64,000 nucleotides of DNA from Antedon mediterranea (taxonomy: Eukaryota > Animalia > Echinodermata), in contig NC_092675.1 in the NCBI RefSeq assembly GCF_964355755.1, positions 10,163,812-10,227,811 on the forward strand, in the 5' to 3' direction. Within the stretch, counting starts at the first letter, position 1; each line of letters opens with the position of its first letter. The notes under the pieces were generated by a model. It was given only the letters and a program-made list of their open reading frames with translations, had not been told where the DNA came from and made no database searches. Position numbers and translations under genes: made by a program. This document shows, piece after piece, positions 24,753-37,379 of this stretch.

Positions 24753-27700
24753 TTGATTTGATTGATTTATTCAATATCGGCTCAACAGAATACATAAAAA
24801 TATATAATGAAAAAAAAGCCAGGATTGTCAAAAGCGAACCCAATCACTGTTTAAAGACTTTCCTTTAACATAAATAAAATATAATATAAATATAAAATAA
24901 ATGACGAGAAAAAAATAATTAATTAAAATCTATAGACATAATGTAAAAAAAATACAGCAGGGACCAGGTAAAATCAAAAGAAATAGTGTTGGTGAAGACT
25001 AGTCTCGAATTCTCGAAACCTGCCAAGGAGAGCAAGCTCACTTAATTCAGAGGGAAGACCATTCCAAAGTTTACAGAATCTAGGAAAGAGTGAAGATTGA
25101 AAACGGACAGTTCGAGCAAAGGGTGGCCTGAATAGAAGATCAAATTTCAGAGAAATAGGAGAAAAAACAAGAAGAAACATCGAGATCAATAATAGTGTAT
25201 AAACATTTGACAACATAGATAATAGTTTGGAAATCAATCCGAGAAGTCAAAGAAGGAAGATGAAGGAGAGCCAATCGTATATAGGGCGTTCAAAGTGTTT
25301 ACCCGGAAAAAAGTATCTTGTAAGAATGCGTTGAGGTTTTTCAAGGAGATTAAGATGGGACGCCAAATGTGGGAACCACACAGAAGCACCATATTCCAGA
25401 ATCGGACGACATAAGAATTTGTAAAGCAGAAGAAGAGAATGAGAGTCATTGGTACCAACAGTACGACGGATAAATTCTAAAGTCCTGGAGGCAGAAGAGT
25501 GAACAGCTAAAATGTGGTCGTGCCAGGAAAGGGTACTATTAAGTGTAATGCCAAGGTATTTATGGCTGTTAGTTAGAGATAGAGGGATATCATTAAGAGT
25601 ATAAGGGTAGAGAGTGGGATTTCAAGAGCGAGAAACGTGCATAACTTTACATTTATTGATGTTAAGTGGCATTTTATTTACGTTGGACCAAGAAAGAATA
25701 TTGTCAAGATCAGATTGTAGGATAAGGGAATCAGAGTTAGATTGAATATTCATGAAGACAACAGTGTCATCAGCATATTGGAGAATATTAGATTGAAGAG
25801 TAGAGGGAAGATCCGAAACAAAAATATTAAATAACAGAGGGCCTAGTAGAGATCCCTGTAGAACCCCAGATGTTACTTGGGCCCAATTGGAGGAGGAACC
25901 ATTAAAACGCACTCTCTGTGACCGACCAATTAAGTAAGAGGAAATCCAATTAAGTGTAGAGCCACAGAAACCATAGTTGTGAAGTTTTTGAAGAAGAAGA
26001 TTATGAGAAATATTATCAAAGGCCTTGGACCAATCCAGAAATATAACATCGGTTTTAGGAGAATTACTTTTATCAAGATTAGAAGCAAGGTGATGGTAAA
26101 GTTGGGAGACTTGAGTAATAGTTGATCGTCTTGGCACGAAACCATGTTGGGCTTTAGGAATAAGATATAGATCAGTTAAGTGAGTGTTAATATGGGTAGA
26201 AAGAAGTCCTTCTAAGAGCAAAGAGAAATAGGTCGATAGATTTTAAGTGTTGCACGATTACCTGATTTGAAAACTGGTACTACATTAGCCCTTTTCCAAT
26301 CAAGTGGAACTTGGCCAAGAGAAAGTGACAGATTATAGATGTTAGAGAGATATGAAGAGATAACAGGACCAGCTAATTTAAGAAGTGAAGGAGAAATATT
26401 GTCTGGTCCAGGAGATTTATGTACGTTTAACTTAGAAATGGCCTCGGAGACATTAAAGGCGGAGACAGAAAAATCAGTAATAGGTGAGAAGCTGATATGT
26501 GAAGAGCAGTGAGATATAGGAGTGTCAAAAGCTTCACTGATGACTGACGGGAGAAAAGTTTTCTTTGAAGGAAAGGTTGAAGTGATTAGAAACTAAGGTA
26601 GGATCAGATGATAGGTTACCATTGATTAGAAAACTGGAGGAGTTTAAAGATTTTCGTTTACTCTTAACATTTGGGTTAGAAGATGAGTCTTTTGCCAATT
26701 TCTGGATGTATGAGTAGTAATCAGTATTGCATTGATACTTTACATTGTTACGAATCTGTTGGTATTTCTCCCATACGAGAGGACTATTAGATCTTTTAGC
26801 TTTTTGATATAACCTGTTCTTTTTCTTAATGAGTTGAATAGTATCAGGAGTAATCCAAGGAGAGTTTTTCAAACGAGATCTGGATTTTTTGACAGGAACA
26901 ATATCCTTTACTGCAGCAAACAGAACGTCTAAAGTTTTCCCATGTACTATTTATATCATTGGGATCGTAGCCAAGATTCCAAGGAATGTGGGATAGCGTA
27001 GTGTGAAAGTCAAGGACATCAACTTTAGACCATTGTTAAAAAGTACGATCCAGAGTGTTGGAAGGTTTAGTACAGGAGAGGGAAAAGAGAATGGAGTCAT
27101 GGTCACAGTTGTTTAGGCTGGGACCAGATACAATATCTGAAATAGAAAGAGGGTTATTAGTGAATAGAAGATCAAGGATATTTCCAGACTTAGAATGAGC
27201 AGAAAATCTACGAGTAGGAAAGTTAACAAGTTGATGAAAGTCAAGAATGCTAACTACAGAGTCTAGAGAATGAGTAAGGGAGAGTCAGGTTGAAGAGGGA
27301 AGTTGAAATCGTCAAGTAGACAGATATTCCAGTATTGGAAAGAGAGATTGAAGATTAAAGACAAGGAGTCTTCTAGAAGATGTAGAAAAGATACATCACT
27401 TGAAGGTGGTCTATAAACACATCCTATTAACATTTTACCAATTGGTAAACATATTTCAGTCCATACTGTCTCGAGACCCTCAATTTCAAATTCATATTTT
27501 CTAACAACTTTAAGATTAGAATTAGTAGCAATTAAAACACCACCCCCATGTCTATTACGGTCTTTTCTGAAAATATTGTATCCGGATAAAATCTGGCTGT
27601 CAGTTATAGTATCGTCAAGCCAGGATTCAGAAATACATAGAATGTCAGATTTGATATCTTCAATTATAGCTTGAAGCTCCAATCGTTTATTAACTATACT

Positions 27701-28210
27701 TCTGGCGTTTAGGTACATGCAGGACAAATTCTTCGATTGATGTTGTTGAGAGTCACCGGATGAAACAGTGGAGACATCTAGCGCTTCACTTAAGGATGAT
27801 ACGTCAAGTTCTGGCAGAAAAGAAAATGTACAACGAGGGCAAATCCATTGGCTTATAACATTCAGCTTGATGATATGCAACTCGTAGTTTCTGTTGCTAA
27901 TTCGTCCACACTTAATGTGACAATCTTTAGAGCAGGTAGAGCAATCAACGGATCTATGATATCACAAACAGCACACGGGCTATTAACCGGTCTTGGATTA
28001 GGATTAATGTCGCCATCCGATGCAAGTAGTGTAGCATTAAATGTAGCTGTATGATTACTGTAATAGGAGCATGGAGCTCCAAACTTAATGTGTCTTCTCT
28101 TGCTGTGAACTGATTTCCTTTTTCCCAGATTGGTATGATCAACAGGAGAGGAGGGCCTAAAATAGGGTTAGCATAGATGAGTGAGGTACCACTCAAAATT
28201 AATGCCAAAT
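24753..28210 (-). mobile_element. Near full-length degenerate CR1/L2-group LINE ORF2: 2A-like motif, PHD, APE endonuclease, RT
   Basis: PHD (CAVC..C..C..H.KC..WICPRC), endonuclease (YLNARSI, ISESWL, RKDRNRHGGGV, YRPP, DDFN), RT (QHGF, LDWSKAFD, SGVLQGSLLGPLLF, YADDT). (TCAA)n tail at about 24753-24770. Multiple frameshifts. Confidence 0.92.
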
Positions 28211-29129
28211 GAACAAGTTGTGTTCATACAATACTAAATGGATAACAACAGACTAATTGTTTGCTGCACCGCAAGTGCCAGACACCCTAAAGTTAGACTA
28301 GACACCCTCCCCCTTCCCCCAACTAGCCCAGCTTAGATATTGTAGATACCACCAGCAACCAATGTTATATGATTTAGCACATAGTAAGCAATACCAAATG
28401 ACCTATTACAGACCATCTGTACACTGCCTTGGCCCTGGCAGACCCCTTTAAAGTTCGACTAGAGACCCCATTTACCCCAAGTATGGCCTAGCTTAGATAT
28501 TGTAGACAGCACCAGCAGCAAAAACAACACCTAAAACAATAGTAGGCATGTTAAGGAGCATATTTTAGGCAAATCCTTCAAATTGTGATAACATTTTGAA
28601 ACTTTGCACAGTTATTCATTAGGGTGTCAAAATATGAAATGGAAGGGTTGCACAAAATTTGGTCAGGGGAAAGCCGCCATTTTGGATTTCAAAATGGCGG
28701 ACCTCAAATTTTCACTTGTCAGGTATATCTCTGCTAAAGAGGCACCTAGAGTTCTGATTTTACCTGCAAAATATATGGTAGTGGGGTCACCAAACATATT
28801 GGTATAATTAACATTTGATTGCATGGCGGCCATGTTGGATTTCAAAATGGCGGACCCCAATAACTTTTCAGGTATATCTCTGCTAAAAAGGTACACAGTG
28901 CTCTGATTTTAGGTGCAAATTATATGGTAATGGGTCACCAAATATATTGCTATTTAACTAACATTTTGATTGCATGGCGGCCATTTTGAATTTCAAAATG
29001 GCAAGCTCAAAATGTTTCAATACGGTGCCTACAGTTGTAATTTTAGGTACAAAGTATAATATGGTATTGAGGTCAACAAACATATTGGTATAACGTCTTT
29101 GATTGCATGGCGGCCATTTTGAATGTAGC

Positions 29130-30450
29130 TCAAACCTGGTAACCACACAACAGCTCTGTACATCATAAATCACTCTTTCTGCATTTACAGCGTCCAAGAT
29201 CACAGTCGGTGTGTCACAGCGATTTGTGACATCTGAAAGTTCCGGCAATGAACTCCAAACTGGACTAAATTTGTTGCCGTCCTTCCTCCATCCCCAGTTT
29301 GCTGGTTCCTGTTCAACCCTGAATGCATCTAGACAGTTGTACCACTTTCTGGCTTGTAGAGAAGACCGTTTCACATGTTCTCTTAATGCCGCAGATGTTG
29401 GGGGGATATTGAATTGAATTGAAATTTATATTTATACTGGGTAACCTCTTCAGTCAAAGACTGGTCTCCCAGAGGGCCCAGTTGGTGATCAGTGGCTGTG
29501 ATGTACTAATACACCGGGGTAACCCCCTACTCGTCTCGAAAGATGTACTAGGTTCTTTAAAGTGCACACGAGCTAGATGTGTACACTGGACCTACGGTTT
29601 ATAGTCCTTATCCGAGAAGACCCGTTCTACCACCAGAACCATGGAGTGAGTGAGCATCGAACCCCTGCCGATGTTATGGCTACGTAATTACGGTTCCACT
29701 GTCTTAACCGCTCGGCCACTCACTCAGTATTGTCAATAGTCTGTAGTAAAAGATATTGTCTTGCATCATTTACCTTCTTTCTACATAGTTACAACAAACT
29801 GTTCTAGATAATCTGTGTCACTAACATCCCCTACAGACAATGACATCGTCTCAAATTCCTTTCCTTGAACAGATGAAGTTGTATCACAACTGCTAAAGGA
29901 ATGAAAGAACAAGAAGTAAGCGGCTGATGCTTGTGATCCAAGAGAAGTAATCTTGTGTATTGAGATATACTTCAAGTGCTTCCCCACTCCAAACTCGATC
30001 CAAAGCTCGTGGATGCCAGGTATTCTGTGGAAAGTTGACAATGAAATAACAACAACATCACTGTCTACAGTCTTGACAAGAATGCGCGGACAAATTTTAG
30101 CGGCATGTTTAACATGAACAAACATACGTTCATCTGCCTCTTCTATGTTACATGGCATCAGCGGTTTTATATTTACAGACTGGTTTGTTACAGCTCTGTC
30201 TCTCAGAGACCCTACAAACATTCCGTGATTTGTGTCAATGTTCTCTACTACTTCAGTTACAATTAATGAAACAACTCTGATTTGTTGTCATCATATCTCG
30301 AATATGTGGTCCAATTGTTGGGCATGCTCCCACTGGCTTTAACGCCCCTCCTTACACCAGAGCCGCGGTTTGAACGCGTACTAGACTTTAAACCGTCGTT
30401 AAAGTATCTATCGAAAACCAAATCTGGTCACGTCACTGATCGAAGTTGAT
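29130..30450 (-). pseudogene. Academ transposase C-terminal part (XPG/PIN-like domain and Cys cluster), left-arm copy, SINE-interrupted
   Basis: PCNIEEADERMFVHVKHA, VKTVDSDVVVI, LWIEFGVGK, FFHSFSSCDTTSS, PANWGW, PVWSSLPE. Confidence 0.8.
29410..29726 (-). mobile_element. Full-length tRNA-derived Deu/Nin-like SINE
   Basis: Box A TGGCCGAGCGG, box B GGTTCGATGC, Deu-like core and (TTCAA)n tail. Absent from the mirror arm (about 31350-31365). TSD-like TATTG. Confidence 0.85.
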
Positions 30451-30459
30451 GGTCTATAT

Positions 30460-31640
30460 ATGGTTGTACGACAAAATGAAGCACCATTAGTTGCTGCCAA
30501 GGTGTTAGATGGACCAGCAATAATCAATATGCTCGGCCCAATGATTCGAAGACATTCATTGAGTATATATCAAGTGTCATACAACCATCAACTTCGATCA
30601 GTGACACGACTAGATTTGTTTTTCGATAGATACTTTAACGACAGTTTAAAGTCTGGTACGCGTTCAAACCGCGTCTCTGGTGTAAGGAGGGTCGTTAAAG
30701 CCAGCGGGAGCTTGCCCAACAATTGGACCACATTTTTTAGATTTGATGACAACAAATCAGAGTTGTTTTCATTTATTGTAACTGAAGTAGTAGAGAACAT
30801 TGGCACAAATCACGGAATGTTTGTAGGGTCTTTGGGAGACAGAACTGTAACAAACCAGTAAATATACAATCGCTGATGCCATGTAACATAGAAGAGGCAG
30901 ATGAACGTATGTTTGTTCACGTTAAACTTGCCGCTGAAATTTTCCACGCATTGTCAAGACTGTACACAGTGATGTTGTTGTCAGCTTTCCACAGAATACC
31001 TGGCATCCACGAGCTTCGGATCGAGTTTGGAGTGGGGAAGCACTTGAAGTACATCCCAATACACGAGATTGCTTCTTCTCTTGGATCACAAGCATCAGCC
31101 GCTTACTTGTTCTTTCATACCATTAGCGGTTGTGATAGAACTTCATCTGTTTAAGGAAAAGGTAAAGCTACATTTAACGAGACTTTGAAAAAGATGCCAT
31201 GTATGACTCCAGTTTTTGAGAGGATGTCATTGTCTGTAGGGCATGTTAGTGAAACAGACACAGATTATCTTGAACAGTTTGTTGTAACTATGTCTACTGC
31301 AGAACATTTAATGATGCAAGACGATATCTTTTTACAACAAGAGAAAGACTATTGAAAATATCCCCCAACATCTGCGGCATTAAGAGAACATGTGAAACGG
31401 AAGCCAGGAAGTGGTACGACTGTCTAGATGCATTCAGGGTTGAACAGGACCCAGCGAACTGGGGATAGAGGAAGGACGGCAACAAATTTAGTCCAGCTTG
31501 GAGTTCATTGCCGGAACTTTCAGATGTCACAAAGGTTTTAATTCGCTGTGGACACACCGACTGTGATCTTGGTGCTGTAAATGCAGAAAGAGTGATTTAC
31601 GATGCACAGAGCTGTGTGGTTGCCAGGGAAAATGTAACCT
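30460..31640 (+). pseudogene. Academ transposase C-terminal part, right-arm copy
   Basis: AKVLDGPAIINML, RLDLFFDRYFNDSLKSGTR, NWTTF..DDNKSELFSF, EEADERMFVH, FFHTISGCD..S..GKGK, ENIPPTSAALREHVKR and terminal CG..C...CKCRKSDLRCTELCGCQGKC. Frameshifts and stops are present. Confidence 0.8.
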
Positions 31641-32969
31641 ACAATAAGTGTCCGTGTTAAATGCATGTAATTATGAACATAAACAAATAGTGTAAAGCCA
31701 GTACGGGTTGAGCTACATTCAAAATGGCCGCCATGCAATCAAAGACGTTATACCAATATGTTTGTTGACCTCAATACTATATTATACTTTGTACCTAAAA
31801 TTATAACTGTAGGTACCGTACTGAAACATTTTGAGTTCGCCATTTTGAAATTCAAAATGGCCGCCATGCAATAAAAATGTCAGTTAAATACCAATATGTT
31901 TGGTTACCCATTACCATATAATTGGCACCTAAAATCAGAACTCTGTGTACCTTTTTAGCAGAGATACCTGAAAAGTGAAAATTTGAAGTCCGCCATTTTG
32001 AAATCCAAAATGGCCGCCATGCAATCAAAATGTTAGTTATACCAATATGTTTGGTGACCCCATTAACATATAATTTGCACCTAAAATCAGAACTCTAGGT
32101 GCCTTTTTAGCAGAGATATGCCTGAAAAATGAAAATTTAAAATCCGCTATTTTGAAATCCAACATGGCTGCCATGGAATCAAAATGTTAGTTATACCAGT
32201 ATGTTTGGTGACCCCACTACCATATAATTTGCACCTAAATTCAGAACTCTATGTGCCTCTTTAGCAGAGATATACCTAAAAAGTGAAAATTTGAAGTCCG
32301 CCATTTTGAAATCCAAAATGGCCGCCATGCAATTAAAATGTTAGTTATACCAATATATCTTTGGTGACCCCATTACCATATAATTTGCACCTAAATTCAG
32401 AACTCTAGGTGCCTATTTAGCAAAGATATACCTGAAAAGTGAACAATTTGGGTCCGCCATTTTGAAATCCAAAATGGCGGCTTTCCTCTGACCAAATTTT
32501 GTGCAACCCTTCCATTTCATATTTTTGACACCCTAATGAATAACTGTGCAAAGTTTCAGAATGTTATCACAATTTGAAGGATTGGGTCACTTAACAGGCC
32601 TACTACAACATGTTTAATTGATTAAAGTTTAACTTTAATCGAACTAACACAAAACAATTGAAAATATATCACATCAATGACGATAAAATGACCATTACCA
32701 TTCTAAAGGGAAAAATAGTTTAAGAGTTTCACTTAAAACTTATATAAGCCAAATATATATAACAAGTATGGATTCGGGTAAATTTAGCATTCCTTGCCTT
32801 TGGATGTCAAAGATACATTCGTCTGTAACTCTTGGACCTATTTGAAGAGAAAGCTTAGTAATCACCTTAATCAAATTCAGGATTGTAGTAACTTAATCTA
32901 AAGTGATTTGATTAATTAATAGTGGGTAATTTGAAATGCTGTATATTATAATCTTACTCCTGTATTCAA

Positions 32970-32972
<3 letters not shown>

Positions 32973-33019
<47 letters not shown>

Positions 33020-33909
33020 CATACTGTAAATTATAGAAACAGTGCTCATATTCGGAACATGATCTCATAATCGCGTCGAGCATAGCTCATTGGCGAAAGT
33101 TCCATATTTTTTAGTTGTATGAAAAAATGTTTCTGGCTGGATTCGAACCTGCAACCTCTCGCTTACAGGGCGAGTATCATACCACTAGCCCACAGAGCCA
33201 TGTATGGTATTATCACAGATTTTCACCCACCAGATACATTCTCTCATACAACAAACGCCCTCACAATCAGTGGAGGCTTAACAAGTCAGAATAAATTCCA
33301 ACTTTAATTCGCAACGGTTTTTTAAATAATATTGTGTATATGTAAATCAATGATGTTGCGTAGCACCGTGTAAATTATATATAAATCATACTGTAAATTA
33401 TAGAAACAGTGCTCATATTCGGAACATGATCTCATAATCGCGTCGAGCATAGCTCATTGGCGAAAGTTCCATATTTTTTAGTTGTATGAAAAAATGTTTC
33501 TGGCTGGATTCGAACCTGCAACCTCTCGCTTACAGGGCGAGTATCATACCACTAGACCACAGAGCCATGTATGGTATTATCACAGATTTTCACCCACCAG
33601 ATACATTCTCTCATACAACAAACGCCCTCACAATCAGTGGAGGCTTAACAAGTCAGAATAAATTCCAACTTTAATTCGCAACGGTTTTTTAAATAATATT
33701 GTGTATATGTAAATCAATGATGTTGCGTAGCACCGTGTAAATTATATATAAATCATACTGTAAATTATAGAAACAGTGCTCATATTCGGAACATGATCTC
33801 ATAATCGCGTCGAGCATAGCTCATTGGCGAAAGTTCCATATTTTTTAGTTGTATGAAAAAATGTTTCTGGCTGGATTCGAACCTGCAACCTCTCGCTTAC
33901 AGGGCGAGT

Positions 33910-33996
<87 letters not shown>
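32973..33996. repeat. About 2.45 copies of a near-identical 367-bp tandem unit between two (TA)n microsatellites
   Basis: Units start at 33016, 33383 and 33750. (TA)n at about 32973-33015 and 33913-33996. Confidence 0.95.
33128..33199 (-). pseudogene. tRNA-like sequence (tRNA-Pro-like body, TGT in the anticodon position); second copy 33495-33566, partial third copy about 33863-33913
   Basis: GGCTCTG TG G(G/T)CTAGTGGTATGATA CTCGC-CCTGTAA-GCGAG AGGTT GCAGG-TTCGAAT-CCAGC CAGAAAC A. Boxes A and B are intact, but the acceptor stem pairs 5/7, the T-stem 4/5, and position 33 is C. Confidence 0.7.
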
Positions 33997-34002
<6 letters not shown>

Positions 34003-34079
34003 TGATGCGTTTAGGCTGCAAGAGTGCTCAATTGGAATCAAGAGCGAATATATATTTTTATAAAGTAGATGGAACACGG

Positions 34080-35322
34080 ACGTCTATCACGGTGTTTCAC
34101 GTTAAACGATCTTCAGTTGGCTGAACAATACCGTATCTCGATCGAAAAAAAAATTTAAAAAAAATGTATATATATATATATAATTTTTTTTATGTAGTTT
34201 ATTTATGTAGATATGTAGTACTGTATCTATTAAAAAAGGTACTTGAACAAAATTAGTATAATCTTTTACAAAAATGCTTGTCAACTCAATGAGATCCAAA
34301 TTGGCAATTGCCGCAAAATCCTCACTGGGTTTGACGTTGAAATTCACTCTAGAACTAAGAAGTTGAAAAGAGAACTTCCTGCATCTGAGTTTCAAAACAA
34401 ACTCGGGATTATCGCCAATGATTGCCGTAAGCAATCAACGGTAATGGCCTGAAGGGGACATCACAAATTTGGTCTACCTGCAGACTTGGTTCGTTGGGAC
34501 TTGTAACAAGAATCAGAGCAACACCTCTGATTCAGTTGTTGAAATTAATTGTCGACTTTCCGAAGGAGAGAAAAAACTTCTTTCCCGAGGACTTAAAAAT
34601 CTGGCCAAAACCAAGGCAGGTCGGCGCACAACAACTATCTTTGGATATAGGGTCTTTATCCAGAAGATTACGATTACGTGAATATTTTTGCTGATTCAGA
34701 CAGCACCACCACGCAAAACAAAGGCAACGTTAACAAATTTAGAAACATTTATCCAGGCTATTGAGGAGGATGTACAAAACTACGTCCCGAGTCCAGAGAA
34801 ACGTGACAATGTCTCAAAACAAGAGAGGCAGGCCATTGCCAAATTGCGGCAGCATAACGATATCATCATTAAACCCGCTGATAAAGGTTCTGCCACTGTT
34901 GCTATGGACATCACATTTTATGAAGAGGAATCCTTAAGACAGCTAAACAATCCTCTTAATTATATATCGTAAACTTACAACAGATCCCATCACGGAAATT
35001 GCGGATAAGGTGACCAAATCTGTTTCTGTGATGGTAAAAGAGCACTCCATCGATCCTAAGATTGAACCTCATTTGGCACAGGTCAATCCAGTTCCAGGCA
35101 GATTTTATTTCCTACATAAAATCCACAAAGCAGGCAATCCTGGTAGACCTATTATTTCGGGAAATGGCACTGCTACAGAGAAAATTTCTAAATATGGGGA
35201 TGATTTACTTAGACCATATGTGACTAATCTCCCTTCATACATTCAGGACTCCACGGACTTTATCCGCAAAATTTACATAATAATTCTGTTCTGGCTACAT
35301 TAGATGTTTCATCGTTGTATAC
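34080..35322 (+). mobile_element. Penelope-like (Neptune-type) retroelement 5' part with frameshifted RT N-terminus, 3'-truncated
   Basis: LSEGEKKLLSRGL, NVSKQERQAI.KL....IIIKPADKGSATVAMD, FY.L.KIHK.GNPGRPIISG.G..TEKIS, LPSYIQDSTDFI, LATLDVSSLYT. Hammerhead-like motifs at about 34090-34148. Confidence 0.88.
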
Positions 35323-35439
35323 TACGTTAATAAATTACATGTTTTTCTACTTTTGGGAAAATTATTTAAAAGGACTTATTATTGAAAAATATAAGTTATT
35401 ATAAAAAATTATAGAAAAGTAAGCACATGCAGTATTACG

Positions 35440-36040
35440 TCAACAATAATGTGTGACAAAACGCGTAAATCTTGTTGCTATGGTGCGTTTCTATGTTACA
35501 AAATCAGACAACTGTCATTCGTTATCGAACTGCATAGCGTACTACTAACGGCCTACTAACCTACTTTTCGTTAAACAATAACATTATTAATAGCATTATT
35601 ATCAATGAACATGAGGAAGTAAGTAGTTATAACTTATGTATAAACTATTGTTTTAACCAAAATAATTGTATAAAGTACAATGAAAATTCGTAAATGATTT
35701 AAAATTACAAATTTAAATTGTCGCATTGCAATCTTTTTGGATCATGTTGAGACGCGTGCATGTTACTAAGGTGCGTGTCTATGTTACAAAATACACAGAT
35801 ACATCTTCATTCGTTATATCCAAACTTTGATACATAATAGATCGCTAAAGTAAAACATATTGATAACATTATTATCAATGGTCATGAGAAAGTAGGTACA
35901 GTAACTTTGTACAAAATATTGTATTAATCAAAATATAAACTTTCGTAAATATATTTAAAAATCTCATACCCTTGCCACTCTGTCATAAGCGCGTGCGTGT
36001 TTGCTAAGATGCTTGTCTATGTTACAAAATACAGAACAAA
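35440..36040. repeat. Three degenerate tandem units of about 240-290 bp
   Basis: Recurrent GCGTG..TGTTGCTA.GGTGCGT.TCTATGTTACAAAAT at about 35465, 35755 and 35990. ACATTATTATCAATG.CATGAG.AAGTA in two units. Confidence 0.6.
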
Positions 36041-36764
36041 AACAAGAATATTAATCTTCATTGTAATAATTATATCCATCCCCAAACTGTGTACACTGCA
36101 TAGAGACGTACGTACCCAGCCTTCATTTATGTAAAAAATATCCAGTTCGTTTAATAATACGAACAGTGTTAGTTACGAATTGTCAGCGTTAGTACGATTT
36201 GTAGCCTAAACCATTTTCTAATTTAATCACAATTAATTTTTTCCCAGTATTGATGGTCTACCATCATCTTACGGATGGAATATTCGACTAGGCATAGATA
36301 AAAAGGTGTTACGGTGTAAGGTAAAGAAAATGAAATGACGTGTTCTTACATAACTGTGATTTGCTGTTGCCAGTGACATACAGTATTGTATTAAAATTAC
36401 TACAGTGATTAGTAAAATTACTATTACTATTTTAGTTTTGGAGGGGCGGACGCTGGGGTGTTGCCCTAGTTGCCCGGGCAACACCCTTAATTTCATACTA
36501 AATGTTTTTTTCTGCCACTAAATTAAAATTTAGATCCCACTTTATCATAGGCATATATTAACCATTAACGTCGTTATAGAAGTCCAGTGTTGGAAGAGTC
36601 TATATGTAAATTGACTGCAGCGTAAAATTAACCGCGCATAATTTAAGGGCGATCAGTGGATTTTTTTTTTCATTTCTCTACGTCCGTAAAATTAGGCCGA
36701 ATTTCTGTAGTAATTACAAACTACTAATTACAAAATCCGTAATAATCCGAAAACCCCCTACTTA

Positions 36765-37097
36765 AGCCACTTTCACATCGCGCCCGGATTCGGTCCGGCG
36801 TCCTAAGAAAAATATTTCTACCATTGGGTGTGATTTTACATCGATCAAGAAATCTGATATCCGATGTCAAGCAAGGTCATTCATACTCAAAGCTGATTGG
36901 ACAAAAGAAAAAAATCGTACGATTTCAGAAAACAAATGGCTTCTTGATCCATCGCTACGAATTTGGAACCCGAATCATGTACGTACTCAAATCGTACGAA
37001 TTAATTGTGAACGATTCGTATGCTTTACAACTGAACCAATTTTCCATGATATTTTTCTCATGGTACCTCAAGAATCCGAGCGCGGTGTGAAAGCAGC
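36765..37097. mobile_element. Harbinger-like MITE
   Basis: TIR AGCCACTTTCACATCGCGCCCGGATT / AATCCGAGCGCGGTGTGAAAGCAGCT with TWA flanks. Confidence 0.65.
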
Positions 37098-37379
37098 TTA
37101 ATAAATGAGCTAGATCGTGTACACCAATGCACTATGTGGCATGGTATTCTAAACTACCAAACAGTATTGTATTAAATAAGAAGTTCCTTAATCGTTTGAT
37201 CTATTAGGCATAATAATTATTATTAGGTCAACTCTGTAACTAATGCACTACCCGATACTGAATACTTTAGGCCTACTCTGTTCAATCCGTTACACGTAAA
37301 CCTAATGCAACAAATTATGTTGACAAAAAAAAAAGAAAATTAAATACTGTACCCGTGAAGTGCTCATTAAAACCATTTT

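Larger units (their letters stand above)
28540..32605. mobile_element. Palindromic Academ derivative composed of two right ends in inverted orientation
   Basis: Termini TAGTAGGCATGTTAAG / CTTAACAGGCCTACTA with 3-bp TSD CAA. Inverted similarity runs from the termini to the centre (30425-30450 vs 30586-30612). About 145-bp subterminal tandem repeats (GCCATTTTG...CAAAATGGC). Confidence 0.85.

Noticed and set aside
29781-31154. Host XPG/FEN1 nuclease gene pair or toxin-antitoxin module
   Set aside because: Fragments are frameshifted, intronless and enclosed by Academ TIRs and TSD, so they are transposase remnants.
33128-33566. Functional tRNA-Thr(TGT) genes
   Set aside because: Acceptor and T-stem mismatches, C33, a Pro-like body and repeat context indicate tRNA-derived repeats.
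33119-34124. Repeated 62-aa ORFs and the (YI)n ORF
   Set aside because: Translations of the tandem unit and the (TA)n microsatellite.
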